A DNA stretch of 63,578 nucleotides, filler included, from Bigelowiella natans CCMP2755 (lineage: Eukaryota; Protista; Cercozoa), in assembly GCA_000320545.1 (NCBI GenBank). It is 6 parts of 6 records of this genome, joined end to end, with 100 filler letters (N's around TTAATTAATTAA, not from the genome) between each part and the next. Parts side by side here need not be neighbours in the genome. Positions count along the whole stretch, not along the records: positions 1 to 25,830 come from ADNK01000637.1; 5 more parts are not named here. One strand, 5' to 3'. The translations under genes and the position numbers were made by a program. Below the pieces are notes generated by a model, which was not told the DNA's origin, searched no databases, and was given only the letters and a program-made list of their open reading frames with translations. Positions 1 to 14,754 of the stretch are shown piece by piece. Numbering within the stretch: position 1 is the stretch's first letter; every line of letters begins with the position of its first letter.

Positions 1-129
1 TGCTGTTGTTGTTGTTGTGGTTGTTATTGCTTTGGGGGGACAGCAACAGCCCACTCTCTCATTGCGCTGCCTTTGCGGTCCTTCGTCGTTCCTGTGGGTG
101 TGTGTGTGTGTGTGTGTGTATGTGTGTGT

Positions 130-902
130 GTGCCACGCAATTTACCTACAAAACCTTCCAACTTGGAAACCACGAGCTCTCCTACATCTTGGAAGAGAAA
201 GTTGTCTTATCCGTCCCACAAAACATAGCAATAGTAGTAGTAGTAGTAGCAGTAGTAGTGTGTAACTACTTAACGTGTATGCATCATCTCAAAGTGTTTG
301 TTCTCTATCCATAGAGTTATGCAGTAGAAGCAGTAGTAGTAGTAGTAGTAGTAGTAGCAGTAGTAGTACTGTGCAATTGTGGTGGTGGTGGTGGTTATGA
401 TGATGATGATGGAGGAGGAGGAGGAGGAGGAGGGGGGGGGGGGTATCAAAACATCTCTCTCCCTTCGTAGGATTTATATGACTTGCCACTAATAACAATA
501 ATAATACTTACACTACTACTACTACTACTACTACTACTTATTCCATCAAAATCATCACCACTACTACTACAACGCAACAGTTGTTGTCATCATCATCGCC
601 TTCATCATCATCATCATCATCATCATCATCGTCATCATGCTGCGTGCTGCTGCTGCATCAGCGACGGAAGCTGGTCGCAAGTTTGAGAATATGCAAGACA
701 CGTTTTTGTCGGGGGCTGACAAGATAAAGGCCGGCATTGAAGATATGTGGATTAAGACGGTTGTTACGCCATCTCTTTCCCCCCTTTATGCGGCCTCTTT
801 CCTTTTCTTCCGTCGTCTTTTTGCATGCTATTCTTTGTGTCATTTTCCCCATGGCAGACCCCAGCTTTGTCGTCTTCTAAGCGTAGAAGCCCTTTTGCAC
901 TT

Positions 903-975
<73 letters not shown>

Positions 976-1136
976 ATTTTGGAGATGAAATGTAGTATGT
1001 GAGCTTGTATGTATGACCGAAATGCGCAGAAAAATCGGACCAAAATGACCATGCTGTTGTAAATTGGTGGATTGGTTGATTGGTTGATTGGTGGATTGTT
1101 TATGGCCGGATTGTGTACGAAACACGCACACACGTA

Positions 1137-1180
<44 letters not shown>

Positions 1181-1466
1181 CACACACAACACGTATGTAT
1201 AAATATATATATGTGATAGGGGTGATTTTATGTGTAATATGGCGTAATTGCTGTGGTTGATGCGTAGAAATCCAAACTTACTTCAATCGGCGACAAGAAG
1301 GGCAGCAACAAGAAGAAATAGAAGAAATGCGTATATAAATTGGAAAAGTCGCCACCAATGCAGCAAGCATCCATTATCGGAGAGACATTATCAGTTACTG
1401 CTAAAGCTGCTCGCAGATGAACAACGATATGAAAATTCAATATCATCCAGAAGAAAACCTAAATGA
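130..1466 (+). CDS. Probable 3' part of a multi-exon gene, unknown product
   Basis: Non-repetitive exon-like blocks between microsatellite-filled introns (e.g. ATEAGRKFENMQDTFLSGADKIKAGIEDMWIKT followed by GT at ~760; last block ending ...SSRRKPK* at 1466). No recognisable motif. Confidence 0.3.
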
Positions 1467-2124
1467 TCTGCTTCCTTGCATTTTAGCTGTAGCGCGCTAG
1501 CTTATTGTTATATCGTCCGACGCTCTATAGACGCTACCCAATCGAGCGCAATGCTATATGTTGAGCACGCATGTGATATCAACGTCATTCTACGTGTAAC
1601 GTCTTGCTAGCTTGGCTTGATAGAAGCAGGAGCCTGCAGAGCGCTAGCTTACACTGTTCGTTCATTTTATTATGCAAAGCAGTACGATACGACGCTCACA
1701 GATTTACATCTACAAAAAGCGATGAGAATTATTGCATGGTACATAGAAATCGCGCGCATGCATGCATGCATGTGCGACATACATGCATTGCAACCAATTA
1801 TTGTAGTGTGAATTGCTAAAGCGCGCAGCGAGTCATTTGTACATTATATGTATGTGCATGCTGTGTAGCTACTCGTAAATAATAGTAATAATATTAATAA
1901 CAATAATAATGTGTACATGCATCATGAATATCAGCTAAATATCATTGGATCATTTAAAATTGAAGGAGAGACTATGAGGCTAATCTCATCGCATCGCGTG
2001 GCTATACAACTCACATTACAATGCTGAGCTGCGACTGCTGTTCCCTCTTCTTCTCTTCTACGCTCTGTGTTTGTAAAATACAACCAAGCATGCACCTCAA
2101 GACAACAGCAGCGGAACGTGCAAT

Positions 2125-2164
<40 letters not shown>

Positions 2165-2339
2165 GGTATGGACGGACTGGATCGTAGTAGTAGCAGTCGC
2201 TTGCATGCATCAACAGCACCTACCTTTCGTTGTAGCCTTCACAATCTCTTCTTTGTTTCATGCTGCTCGCTCCCTGCTGCTGCTGCTGCTGCTGCTGTCA
2301 GTAACGTAGCAGTGTTGCTGCGGGTGGGTGGGTTAGGGT

Positions 2340-2837
2340 GCTGATAATAGCCGCTGAGGCTGCTCTGACTTGGCGTTTGGCCGAACGGTGCGAAACAACT
2401 CTCCTGCGGATCATACGACTAAAGAGACGTTTAGGGGGAGGGGGGGGGGGGGGGGTTGGATTATGTATTGATCACATTTAGGGTCGTTTGTCATCACCAG
2501 AACGTATATATCATCGTCATTTTGAGGTCGGTCTTACACCTACCTCATAAGGGTCGTACGCTGCAGATTCCATTGGAGAGACATCGTCGGGTTCTAAGCT
2601 TGGTAGCTCTGAAGGCTGCGTGCATATATCAAGGTACTAGGTTAGCAGCCTGGGGTGTGAGAGAGGGTGCGTGCAGGCAATGGCCGTGCAATATCCACCA
2701 CCTCCTCTTTGTTTGCTTACTACAACATATGATCGCTCATCGCCTCTCACCGTGCAGCATCCTAAGAAGTAGCTGGGTCGCTGCCAGGCATAGTGAATGA
2801 AGAACCCGTACCTTATTTTATGAGATGTTGTTCAAGT

Positions 2838-2872
<35 letters not shown>

Positions 2873-3076
2873 GAGGAGGAGGAGTCAGGAAGCATACAAC
2901 TGCCACTGCTGCTGCTAATGGTGTTGTTGGCAAGAACAAGTGATATGTTTACTCGAAAACAGTCGCTGGGTAGAGAAGGCCACGTGACCCAAATATCGTC
3001 AGGAACGATGCTAACGCCTGAGTGGGTAGCGGTAGGGGCAGAAGCAGCAGAAGAAGTAAGGACGGACGAGACAGAG

Positions 3077-3164
<88 letters not shown>

Positions 3165-3524
3165 CTACCGCAACGATTCCCGACACAGCTGCAAATGTGG
3201 CGATCTTGTTTATATTTCTCTGAGGAAAGGAGGAGGAGGAGGAGGAGGAGGAGGAGGAGGAGGAGGAGGAGGAGGATAACATGATGATGCGTTTGTTTGG
3301 CTGGTTGTTGCGCCGACGAGGGATGGGCGGGTGATAGTGCATGCTAGATTCATAAATGACAGATGGCGAAGGGGATGGGATATTGCAGAGGATGCAGGCG
3401 AAGTGCTACCATTCGTGAAATGGGGCTTATTATTGATGTCTACGTGTACAATGCACGCACACGCACAATACTACCTGCATCATTTTCGTAGACTTCTCGA
3501 TCTGATAAGAGGCATAGATATCCA

Positions 3525-3561
<37 letters not shown>

Positions 3562-3682
3562 ATAATGATGATGAGAAGGTCCCTGACCTCGTAATAGGGG
3601 CGTCCCTGCTCCTACCACCTATCATGGATGGGAGGGGAGGGGGGAGGGTAAGGGTGATAATCTGCTGCCGCTGGTGATGATA

Positions 3683-3714
<32 letters not shown>

Positions 3715-4348
3715 ATATTAGTAGACATCGTGTATATCTAGGTACTCATGCTATACCGCAAATTTGGCCTTTCTAAGGACCAGCTTATCGAGAATGAGAC
3801 ACATGACGATGCCTTTGAGATGTAATAGGAAAAAGGAGGAGGAGGAGGAGGAGGAGACAGCAGTGATGACGACGATGATGATGATGATAATGATGATGAT
3901 GTTGAAAGCGAAAATGGTGACGACATCGGAGACAGATCAAATAGATATTTGAGAGATTCAGTAGGAAAAATAGATTTGGATGTGTGTGTGTGTGTGTGAT
4001 ACTACGGATACTGCTGCTTCTGCTACTACTACTACTACCTCCGGTGATGATGAGAGAAACAACGGTACGCCCCTTTTCCGCGCAGAACACAGCGCATCGT
4101 ATCAAAAACAACAACAACCACAACAATAACGATGCAAAGCCATCACAAAAGAAGAAGAAGCAGCGCATAGTATGATCCTTCTAGTAGTAGTAGTAGTAGT
4201 AGTAGTAGGAGTTGTAGTTGTAGTAGTAGTATTGTCTCACCACGTGCTGCATAAGAAAATGCTTTTCAGATCCAACTGGCATGTCCATATCCTGAAGCCC
4301 TGTACGACGACGGGTATATCATCTACGAGTGAGTGAATCAATGGAAGT

Positions 4349-4395
<47 letters not shown>

Positions 4396-4569
4396 CGCGC
4401 GTGTAAAACAAGAAGAAGAATGACCATTCGCCCATGATAAGATCCAGATACAGCACCAAGCCTCCCTAAAATGCAGCATGCGCATATACATGTATGATGA
4501 TGACGATGATCATATGAGAAGGGGGAGGGGGGGGCAGACGTACTAATCCTTCTACAGCACAAAAACACA

Positions 4570-4603
<34 letters not shown>

Positions 4604-4648
4604 CCCGCACGCACATGCGCATGCATATGCACATGCCAACACTCACTT

Positions 4649-4680
<32 letters not shown>

Positions 4681-4765
4681 GCGTTGCACTCGCACAAATG
4701 AGTCTGATGACACTACTCGTTGTGTGTATCTGCTCATCATTATATTGATAGCAATACCACTTCTG

Positions 4766-4796
<31 letters not shown>

Positions 4797-5260
4797 CAAA
4801 TCACGACGATGATAGCGATGGATGGGAACAGCCAAAACGCACAGGAGGGCATCGCTCGCAGACTCAAATCCAAGTCTTCATGTGCCCCCCTGCCGCTGCT
4901 TCTATTCCTGTGTGGAGCTATAAGTATTAGGGGGGTGGTGGAGATAAGTAACGTAGAGCTGGACGATTGCGTGTTTGTGTGTAGCTAGGTTTAAACGACG
5001 AGGATATGTTCGTAAGCTTTCCCCCTCCATTTTCTCCACAGAAGCATAGCTTTCTTGCTATCTATTTCGAACTATGCTGCGTCCCCATCCCCTCCCACCC
5101 ACTTCCGGTGTCGTTTATTTCCCGGGAACATGCGAAGGAAAAAACCATCTCTGTCCCTTCTCTGCACACACCTTGACTCTTCTGCCTCCTCGTGTAGTTT
5201 TCTGCCGCGGCGTACACGATATAACAGCGGAATGCGATGTAGCAGCCGGTGAGATACATT
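2340..5260 (-). CDS. Multi-exon gene, putative multi-pass membrane protein of unknown function
   Basis: AG/GT-bounded minus-strand exons giving hydrophobic peptides: AMPSCAFWLFPSIAIIVVIW (~4800-4910), RNINKIATFAAVSGIVA (~3170-3220), ALASFLTIFGSRGLLYPATVF (~2955-3017), YGFFIHYAWQRPSYFLGCCT (~2750-2810). Ends unresolved. Confidence 0.35.
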
Positions 5261-5959
5261 GTAATCTGGTTATTGAACATAGCCAAGTTTAAGGGGCGCA
5301 TTATGGTGTGAAGTAGGTGAGGGAGAGTACTACCGCGAGAAGCGCTTCTATGACTACAACTGCCCTCCAAACGTAGTAGTCGGTGTTGATTATATTGCCA
5401 GACCTGCCTCCTCCGTGTAGTGCGTAGTAACCTGCGAGTAATACACGTCACAATGCATGCCAATGCCATGAACATTCACCCACATTTACTATACATCATG
5501 TAATCGTTGCAAGTAATTACGCATCGGGAGTGCCGTCATGATGAGAAACCCAGAGACGATGTTTAAAAGGTGGATCCGGCGTTTGGCCCCGATTTTACTA
5601 ATCTTGCACGTCTGGTTGGCGCCGATAGAAACGAAATCAACGAAGTATGTAATCAATCACTCGTATGCGAGAGAGAAGAGAAAGAAGAAATAGTGGGGGG
5701 GGATAGAAGAGAAATAGTACGCAAAAGGAAGAGAACGGTATTATATGCTCTGTTGTCTTTGCTTTGCTCTCAAATTCACGCTATACGACCACTATTTAAG
5801 CTTATTGAGAGATTTATTATCTACGCTCCTGCATTCGTCATCCGTTGTTACTTGCTATACCATCTATCGATCATTCATTGAACCGACGACATCGAAATTT
5901 TCTGCTTTGTTACATTCCTTAAATTTATTACTATATTTTAAAAATTCCACCACATACGC

Positions 5960-7367
5960 CTAAAAAACGGTGACCTGATCGACTGCAAGGGCAGAGAGGA
6001 TCAGTCCAAGAGCGTAGGAAACGCAGTGCGAGCTCCAATGGAACGACGATTCATGCTCTTTCCACATTTCGATGAGGTAGGTGTAAAAGGGAGAGTTCAG
6101 AAGCGAAGCCCCCCCCATCATGCTACTGCCCCCGCCTTCAAATGGAAAGGTGTCCATTTCCTTTATTCCGAAGGTTGAAATATTAGCTCTGCTGCAAGGG
6201 GAGGCTGCAGAGGGAGGGGGGGGCCAAGTTCCGGGAAGGGCTTATGATTCCTTCAATGAACTTAGTCCAAAATATATACTAAAAATATCTGTGATTTTTA
6301 ATTCATAAAATGATGTTCCCATCTATTTATGGAAAGTGCAAGAAACTTTACCAATTACACTTATCCCATATGACATCTGAATATTTATTTCCATTTATTT
6401 CTTCGATGTGATTCGAAGTATTTGGTTTAGAATATATACATACTAATTCATACGTGGCAACAGTAACAACACATCGAATGGCATCTCGCTGGGCACTGGC
6501 AAGGTCCCCGTTGCTTGCCTGCGCCCCCCTACCCTTAACAACCACGGCATGTTCACATGTAAATTCGATCGAACGATGCATTGGGCAGCGAATGTGGCAT
6601 TGTTTTCCTTTCTGAAATCACGGCAAAGAGTTACAGAATAATAATGGGGTTGCCTTAGTTCGAAGGCCTTTCGGAGAGCGAACCTGTGGTCCTGGGGTCT
6701 AAATTGCGGGTCGCGGAGGTGGGTGGGCTGGACAGTGAATGACAAGCTCTCACGGTCGAAGTGCGGTACCGAAAAATCAACAGCTAACAAATACACAAAC
6801 ACGCAAACACACCCTGCACATTAGAAACGCGTCGAATGTGCTATGATCTGTTCAATTCGAACGAGGATGAATCTTCAAATTTTCCGAGAGGATATACGCA
6901 ACCTTGATATAGCATGAATGGCATATGTACTAATGTGTGTTGTTTCTCTTTACTTTTGGACACCCATCCCACGTGGCAGCAGCAACACGTGTAATTCTCT
7001 TTCTCTCTCTCCAAATCAGACCCATACGAACAAGGGGGTAAACCTCTCTCCTCCAAAGAGGCTGAAAAGCTACTTGGAACAATTGAAGGTTATTGATAAT
7101 ATCGTAAGCAGCTCGTGCCTCACCCCAACGATTGCATAACGATTGCATAACGGTACTCATTCTTGTCGTCCATTCGTCACTGTATTCACAATAAACAAGG
7201 ATGGAGAGTGACTACCGACACTAGCTGCCTCACCAAAAAGTTTTGCTTCGCGGACCAATCGAGTGTAGCGGCTTTCTTGCCCCTGATCACAAATATATCG
7301 ACTAACAGTGCGTAATAGAATAACTGCCTGTACGATACCCACCACCACCACCACCACCACACACGCA

Positions 7368-7451
<84 letters not shown>

Positions 7452-7880
7452 ATGGCGTGCGTGCGTTATGTGTGCAAAATAACAACGCTTCCGAGCTGAG
7501 TGTAATATCTACTCAACTAGCCTCAATAGCCTCTAGTGCTGATGTATGGTGTATTACAAATAAATACAAGGTAATCATTTTCCTCTGGAGATTATCGCCA
7601 AAACCGATCCCTCTGATCCTCATGTCTCCCTCACACTGCACACCCCCCCTTTGAACGGCCTTAGCTACAACGACTTTCTTCTGGCTCTAAAGGTAGTGCC
7701 GCTGCCCCCCCCTTCCTCACTATTGTTTTCGTGTCGTCCCCACCACCGTTTTACCCCGCCCTCCACCCGTTCGTAAAGTTGGCACAATGTTGCTAATTCC
7801 CCGAAAGGGCAAAAATAAATGTAGTGGAATCTCCGAGTATAGTGTGCTCTCTGGGCTGTTGCGCACCTGAGCCGCCATAT
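5960..7880 (-). CDS. Multi-exon gene of unknown function (may be separate from, or a 3' extension of, the glycosyltransferase gene)
   Basis: Exon-like ORFs at 7230-7325, 7050-7145, 6530-6785 and terminal ORF 5960-6157 with a hydrophobic C-terminus (SYALGLILSALAVDQVTVF*). No family motif recognised. Confidence 0.35.
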
Positions 7881-9039
7881 CCGCTGATTCGTTTGCCTTT
7901 CTTATTAGATTGATTCTGCCATTGAAGCGTCTTCTTCCGCGAAAGAGTAGGGTCGGACACAAATGTAGACCCAGGATTAGTTTCCTTGGGATTTGTCAAT
8001 GAGAAAACATTTCTACTCATGTGTGCGATTATACATGTATATTCTAATGATGAGCGCATCGCAGCATTACAACATTGTCGCGTTCATTCATAGAGCATTC
8101 ATTCTGTTGCGTGCGTTGATGCTGCTGTGCATGGGCTGTACGTGACGGCGATTAGTGTTTGAGTTTCCATGTGCTGGCTGATGTGTCATGTACGCACGCA
8201 TACGCGAGCACGGGTTGACAAATTGCACCACTGCAATTGCTCTCAGCGTATCTCATGTGTGACTCTAATAGTTCCAGTGCAAGCTAAAGCAGAGGCGTTG
8301 TTTCGTGAATACTATCTGCCCACGTGCTACAAAAGCTTATTTCAGCGTATTCTTATTTGTCGGCACAGTCGTAGGCGTCATTGCTAATATCCATTGTGTC
8401 TTGGAGCACACGCATGCACACGTGCGGATACGTACTACAGACACTATGAATAGTCGTACGTCGCTATCATCATAGTATAGCTGGGGCACGGTTATATAGC
8501 GAATCCGTGTGTAATGAACTATCATTCTATTTTCCAACAACCTACATAAACTACTGTGACTAGAATCAGGCTTCATACATATAATGTACATTCATGCTAC
8601 AGCCGTAGATCACAAGTCTGCTACTGTCGTCGGCGGGGCTGCTGTTGTGCCGAATTGATTCTTCTTCCCCCCCCCTTCTGATATTGGCTCCTCCTCAACC
8701 TTCAACCCTGCAATCGGTCCAATAATAAGACAATATATATCAATCATGTGGATTCAAGCAGCAGCACCAAAAAACGAAACGAAGAGGAGGAGCAAGAACA
8801 TGAAGAAAGAGAATGTTGGAAGTAAGTGAAAATCGTATTCTGAGCTAATTTCGCCCGAAGTACGCCATCCCTTCAATGGACGAGTGAATATTTGTATGCG
8901 TGTCTATGTGACGTAGCTTAATTTGGTAGTAATGCGATGGGTTGTGCTGTGGACAACCAGGCAGCTCTGCAAACATGGAGAGCCGATCCAGCGTGTTCGA
9001 GACGTGCAGAACCTTCATAAATAATAGCACGGTTTAATT

Positions 9040-9271
9040 TTAAACCGGGAGTAGTTTCAATACAAACAACAGACGATTTCTCTCCGGTGTACTCGGCCAT
9101 AAATACTGCAGCAGCGCTGCTGATTGAAGTTTTGGCCGATACAATTGTTGGAGATGTGGAAGGAAATGGCGTGGTGATAAGTGTGGTGATGATGAGGAGC
9201 TTCTGAAATGAAGTCGTTCCAACCCAAAAAAAAAACCCACTCCCCTCTCTTTCTGCGTGAATCTATTTATA

Positions 9272-9322
<51 letters not shown>

Positions 9323-10900
9323 CATGGTATAATATAATATTACACGAACGATGAGTCCCACGTGGTTCAAAAGGCTCAGCTGAGGAAGACAGAAAGGAGA
9401 AAGACGAGGGGGGAGGGAGAGAGGGGGTAGGAATGAAAACATGGAGGTTTTTCTTGATTCGTTCTCACTGACACACGCCCTCCTACTGTCATTATTCTGC
9501 TACCTCTTCGTTTGTAAAGCATAGGTTTTTGGTGAAAAACCGTCGAGCCATCACCCCACTCTTGGACTCTCTCACAGCCTCCCTAAGTGGTAGAAAATTA
9601 CAATCACAAAGACTAACATAGACATGCGCCTATGCAGGCCTGGGGAGCGCAATTGCTGACACTAAATTAGAACGCAATGTACTATTCGCTCAGGAAATAT
9701 TCGAGTGTGTGCTTATTCTTATAAGAACATATCGATGGAGAGAAATATGTTCAGCATTTCCATTGACTCGGTGCGCGCGAGCGCTTTTTTTGCGTTTGGC
9801 ACAGCAATCATATAATCCCCACCCCCCACCTTGATTTGAGATGGTAGGGCAACTCGATGGGCGTTTGACCAAAGTAATGGTTGGAGAAATCTCCCAAGAT
9901 CTTAACAAAGGATATGATTTTCCCATGAATAATTTCATTCAGATACACCCCCCCCCCCCCCACCCACCCACCACACGCCACTCTATAATATGTATTCATG
10001 TACATATATGTATATGTGGAAGCGTAGGTGTTCTAAGAGACCGTGGATGATCAATTCATATGTAGCAGCTGCTGCAAATACCGATGATAATTCTGACCCA
10101 TCATCAAGAGCATCATGTCGTTACAAAAATCAAAGGAATCTTCGGCTCTCCCGTTCAGCCGTAGCAAGGTTACCGTTATCATCTCTAATTCTCATCAATT
10201 TTTATTATTATCATTGTGGTTTTCGGCGTGTTCGCTCTTCGTGTACCTGATACTTGCGAAACCAATGGTCAAATCCCGCATTGATGTAGTGCAGCACCAC
10301 AGCGCTCCCTATCGGCGGCGTACGTGTCGTTTTAACAAGAAGCGATGAGTTGTTGGAATCGTAAAGGTTATGATCAAAACGGGTGAGGACACAACCAATC
10401 CATCTCTATCGCTACCATCATACTCATCCCCCTCCCCCCCCTCCCCCTGAACATCATAATCGCCATGGCACTTCACAATTCACCTCCTCGCCGCTTCACA
10501 TTTCTTCCATCGTCAACGCGGGTCTCGTTCTCTGAAAACCTGCGCAATGTGTCATAACGGGGTGGGTGGGCGGAATTTGCGCGTTTCTATCGTTTATTAC
10601 TAACATAAAATCGAGCATGTGTGCGTGCAAGCGCGCAGTCGGATGAGTTTTTCATAGAATATCCAGAATCTCGAGATGATGCTTTGACAGAAGAATCTGT
10701 GTAAGTTTGTGACGGTTTGTGTGCTGGGCGTTGACCCCGATTTTGGCCCGTCTCCCATGCCGAAAACATGCACTCCCATAGGAACCACGCCGTCCTGAAC
10801 ACGGGCTGTTGACTTGCCGTTGTCATAGCTGAGAAATGGGGGAGAGGCGTGTGGTTAACAGATGTGGTATGATAAACACGAACACACGCAAATACATATA

Positions 10901-10940
<40 letters not shown>

Positions 10941-11180
10941 AGGAAATTAATATATGTATTGTGTGTGCGTACCCTACGAATGGGCGATTTCCCCTTTTCT
11001 CGGAAGGCCAAGTCTCCGCAAGAATGTCCTGCTCACCCAGAGAAACACAGAGGGGCGAGATATATTAAGGATGACAATGATGACGGAATGTGCTGTTCGT
11101 GGCAGAGGGAGTGAGAAAGAGACCTGGTCCATGCTTTTCGGGTTTACTTTGAAAAACTTCACCTATTTCTTAATTTGTTT

Positions 11181-11238
<58 letters not shown>

Positions 11239-11582
11239 ATGAGAGGAGAACGGGTTTATAAATAGAGAAAGTAAGAAAGAAGAATAAGAAGAAAAAGAGA
11301 ATGGAGGACACAATCGCCGTCAAGTACACAACAGAACACAAGCGTGCCCTCCTTGCCGCCGTCAACTCCCCCCCCCTCCTCTCTTCTTTACGAGAATGGC
11401 AACCTCTTTGAACCAATCGTCGACATCGGGGTGCTGCAATGCGCACTCCCAGTTCAAGAACCGAACCTTGATGATTGATAATGATTGCATATCCAAATTG
11501 GTATTATTATCACCACGAGAGACGGCGAGTAGTTGTGCAGCATCACCAGTCATCAAACATCGGCCCACCATTAGTAACAATT

Positions 11583-11647
<65 letters not shown>

Positions 11648-11793
11648 CGCTCTTTGTTGATTGCTGTGGATATTGCTACTAAGACGACGAGGACCTGGTT
11701 AATGCTTTGAGGTACATATCGGAAGTAAGCCTTCGCATCAGACACTAATAGGGCCTCATCGGCATCGATGTGAAGCAGCTATAAACACAAACA

Positions 11794-11836
<43 letters not shown>

Positions 11837-11838
11837 AC

Positions 11839-11886
<48 letters not shown>

Positions 11887-11923
11887 ATATGAGCGGATTT
11901 GAAGGCTTGTTGAAGAAGAGAAA

Positions 11924-11958
<35 letters not shown>

Positions 11959-12190
11959 CGGATTTGAAGGCTTGTTGAAGAAGAGAAATAAGATTTTATC
12001 ATGAGTTGACCAACCAATCCAATACCCAATTTATCCCTCGTTGCTTCGCTTCAAAGAGAGCCCTGTTCACAACCAGAGTTTGCCGTGCCATGACCTTATC
12101 AGCCGATGCCATACAAGACATATAGTTGCATAAAGAGAGAGGGAGAGGGGGGAGAGAGAGTGTCAGAGAAACAGAGAGAAAGAGAGAGGG

Positions 12191-12238
<48 letters not shown>

Positions 12239-13896
12239 AAGAGGCATTGATCAGGTCTAATCTTCGGGGCTATTGCTGCTAGATGTTGACCTACAACTAC
12301 AACATAAGCTTGATGATTAGCTTCTTCTGCACAACGCATCACCTCATCTTTCAGATGCGGCTTCCATCGTGCAAAAAATTCGGGATCTCGGACTGCTTCG
12401 CCTTCCCAAAACGCGTTATCGCATGCGATGCTAACAAAGGGACGCGACATGCGAAGAGAGGAGGGAGGAGGGGATTGAGAGAGCGAGAGAGAGCACCAAA
12501 AAAAGTTGTTCAGATGTGTGTATAATGAAGCATGTGTGTCTGGTTTGCAACACGCTTACGTTTGATTTCGCTATAGATGCTACATAGGATCTGTTACGTG
12601 TCGCAGTATTTATCATTTTGCCCTCCTCTCTCCCGCTCTCCCCTCTTCCTCCCCCCCCCCCTCTCTCTCGAGCTTCTTCTATAACTACTGATAAGAGGGA
12701 TAACCTTACAAAAGAATGGAGATTTTTCGCCCAAATGGGACTAAAAGGCATTGGTATTCCGAGTGTGTACAATCCCTCTTGGTTTCCGGGGGCAAAAGGG
12801 TTTCAACGTGTTTTGTTGGGTGGGGTTAAACCGCTGCTTAGATAATAATTTCGCGGCCCGACAAAATACGTTTTTCCCACACATCTTTGTCAATCTCTTC
12901 CTCCTCTCCTTCTCCTCCTCCTCCTCCCCCCCCCCCCGCCTCCTACACCTACTTTTGGATCATCGAAGAACATGAAGATCTTGTCGAAACCAATGTGTCG
13001 GTGGTATCTAAGTAAGTCACGTACGTAGTAACAACATTTTTGAAAACCACAAGTGAAGGAGTAAAAAGAAGAAAATCCTTACGCAACCTGCATGCGAACC
13101 ACTCTCCTCTCTTCTCAATCCCCCCCCCCCCCCCCCCCCCCTCTCTCTCGAGCTTCTTCTATAACTACTGATAAGAAGGGATAACCTTACAAAAGAATGG
13201 AGATTCGTCAACGTCACCCCCCTCACCAGCATTGCTATTCCGAGTGTTACAATCCTCTTGTTTCCGTGGTCATCTTCGTCATCATCATCGAGCTGCTCGC
13301 CCGGTCCATATCGTCGTAGGAAGGTTTCAGGGGACTCGTCGGCAGCATCGTCGTCATCAGGAGGAAGCCAGTCACTGCCCGTCTCTTCCTCATTGGAGGA
13401 AAAGTTATAGTGCGTTTTCTACATAGGAGCGATGGGAGAGGGGATTAGATGAGGGAGGGTGCCTTCTCTATTCGAGCAGTACGTACATTAACAACGTGTT
13501 TTGGAGAGTAAGACACACACGCGCGCGCGCGCACACACACACACACACAAGCGCACATCGCACACTTACATGCAACTTCCTCCAGTATTCCTCCGAATCT
13601 TCCTCTAGTTGTTGTTGGATCTTCTTTCGTCCCGCGCTCTGAACCCCGTCCATTCCATTGTCCCCTATCTTAGACCTAGCTCTCTCCCCCCCTTCTGCGA
13701 AGGAGCGAGAGATGGTGGGCGAGCCTCCAAAGAGTAACAAGGCAACAGCCAAAACAAGTCTTGCAACTCGAACAAAATTGGTTGTTGTCCGCGGGTGACT
13801 GAATGACAGAAAAAAGGGTAAAGGTAAATAAGAATATTGGCGTTGCGTATCCATCGCAGCAAATTCGAATGATGTGGGATTTACGGTGGCTATCAC
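9040..13896 (-). CDS. KOBITO1/ELD1-like glycosyltransferase (GT2-like, Glyco_tranf_2_4-type), type II membrane protein, more than 10 exons
   Basis: Spliced motifs in order: N-terminal TM (VARLVLAVALLLFGG); LHSFVR|YHRHIGFDKIFMFFDDP (~12955-13010); VMARQTLVVNRALFEAKQRGINW|LLHIDADEALL (DxD, ~11745-11780); VRFLNWECALQHPDVDDWFKE|VKFFKVN; YDNGKSTARVQDGVVPMGVHVF (~10760-10830); VLHYINAGFDHWFRKYQ|ILGDFSNHYFG...YHLKSR; LLNHVGLIVR. 3' end uncertain. Confidence 0.8.
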
Positions 13897-14754
13897 CGAT
13901 GTGGTTCTTGCTGCTGCTGCGGTTGTTGCATCGGCTTCAGGACAGCATCATCCTAGTCAGTTCAAAGAGGGGAATAAGAAGAAGCAAGGGAGGGTGGGGG
14001 TGAGTCTAAAGCGCGGCTATTGGTGTATCAAATTGCCCAATCCGTTAGATGCTCAGATAGGAAAGCAGCATTTTTGGACGGGACAACTACTACCTCGGCG
14101 ACAGGCTCTCTTCTCGCCCACCGTGCAATTCGTCGGCGTATCCCTTCAGGTTTGAAATGCCATCCCACTCCATTCGAACAATCCAAACTCATTTGGATAC
14201 TCTGCAGCGGCCGGTCATCCCCTTTGTCCCTCTCCACCCCCCGGTGCCGGAAGAGCACCATATGCTCCATCGCGAGAAGGAGGCGACCTGCAAGATGATG
14301 GTATGTTCAGCGAAAACAATAGGTAAAAATTTATCCTAGAAATAACCTGAGGAAATACATAACATGTACAAATAGCAGAGAATGGCTCGAAACTAAAAAT
14401 ATTCCATCATTCGGATATTTAGAAACTTTTTTGGAAGTAATTTTACGGGCATTATAACATAAGCAATATTATTGTTTTCGTTGTTGTTGAAAACAAATTG
14501 AATTGCATCCGTGTTTTCGTTTGCTAGTCTTTCCTCAACTCACACATTGGCTCCATATTTGCGCGTAGTTTATCTGAGTAATTGTGTCTACGGGAGAAAA
14601 AAACAATGGAATATGAGAAATTAACATGCAGAGGCATTTGTGGTACGAAATACTTTTGAGAATCATGCGTAAAATATCTTAAGCTAATTTATTATCTTCT
14701 CGATTCCTCACCCCTCAGGAGCCTGTCGACTGCCACAAGTCCAGCAGCACGCCC

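Noticed and set aside
11888-11990. ~35-bp duplication gagcggatttgaaggcttgttgaagaagagaaa around an (AT)n run
   Set aside because: Intronic and SSR-flanked; consistent with slippage or mis-assembly, with no sign of function.
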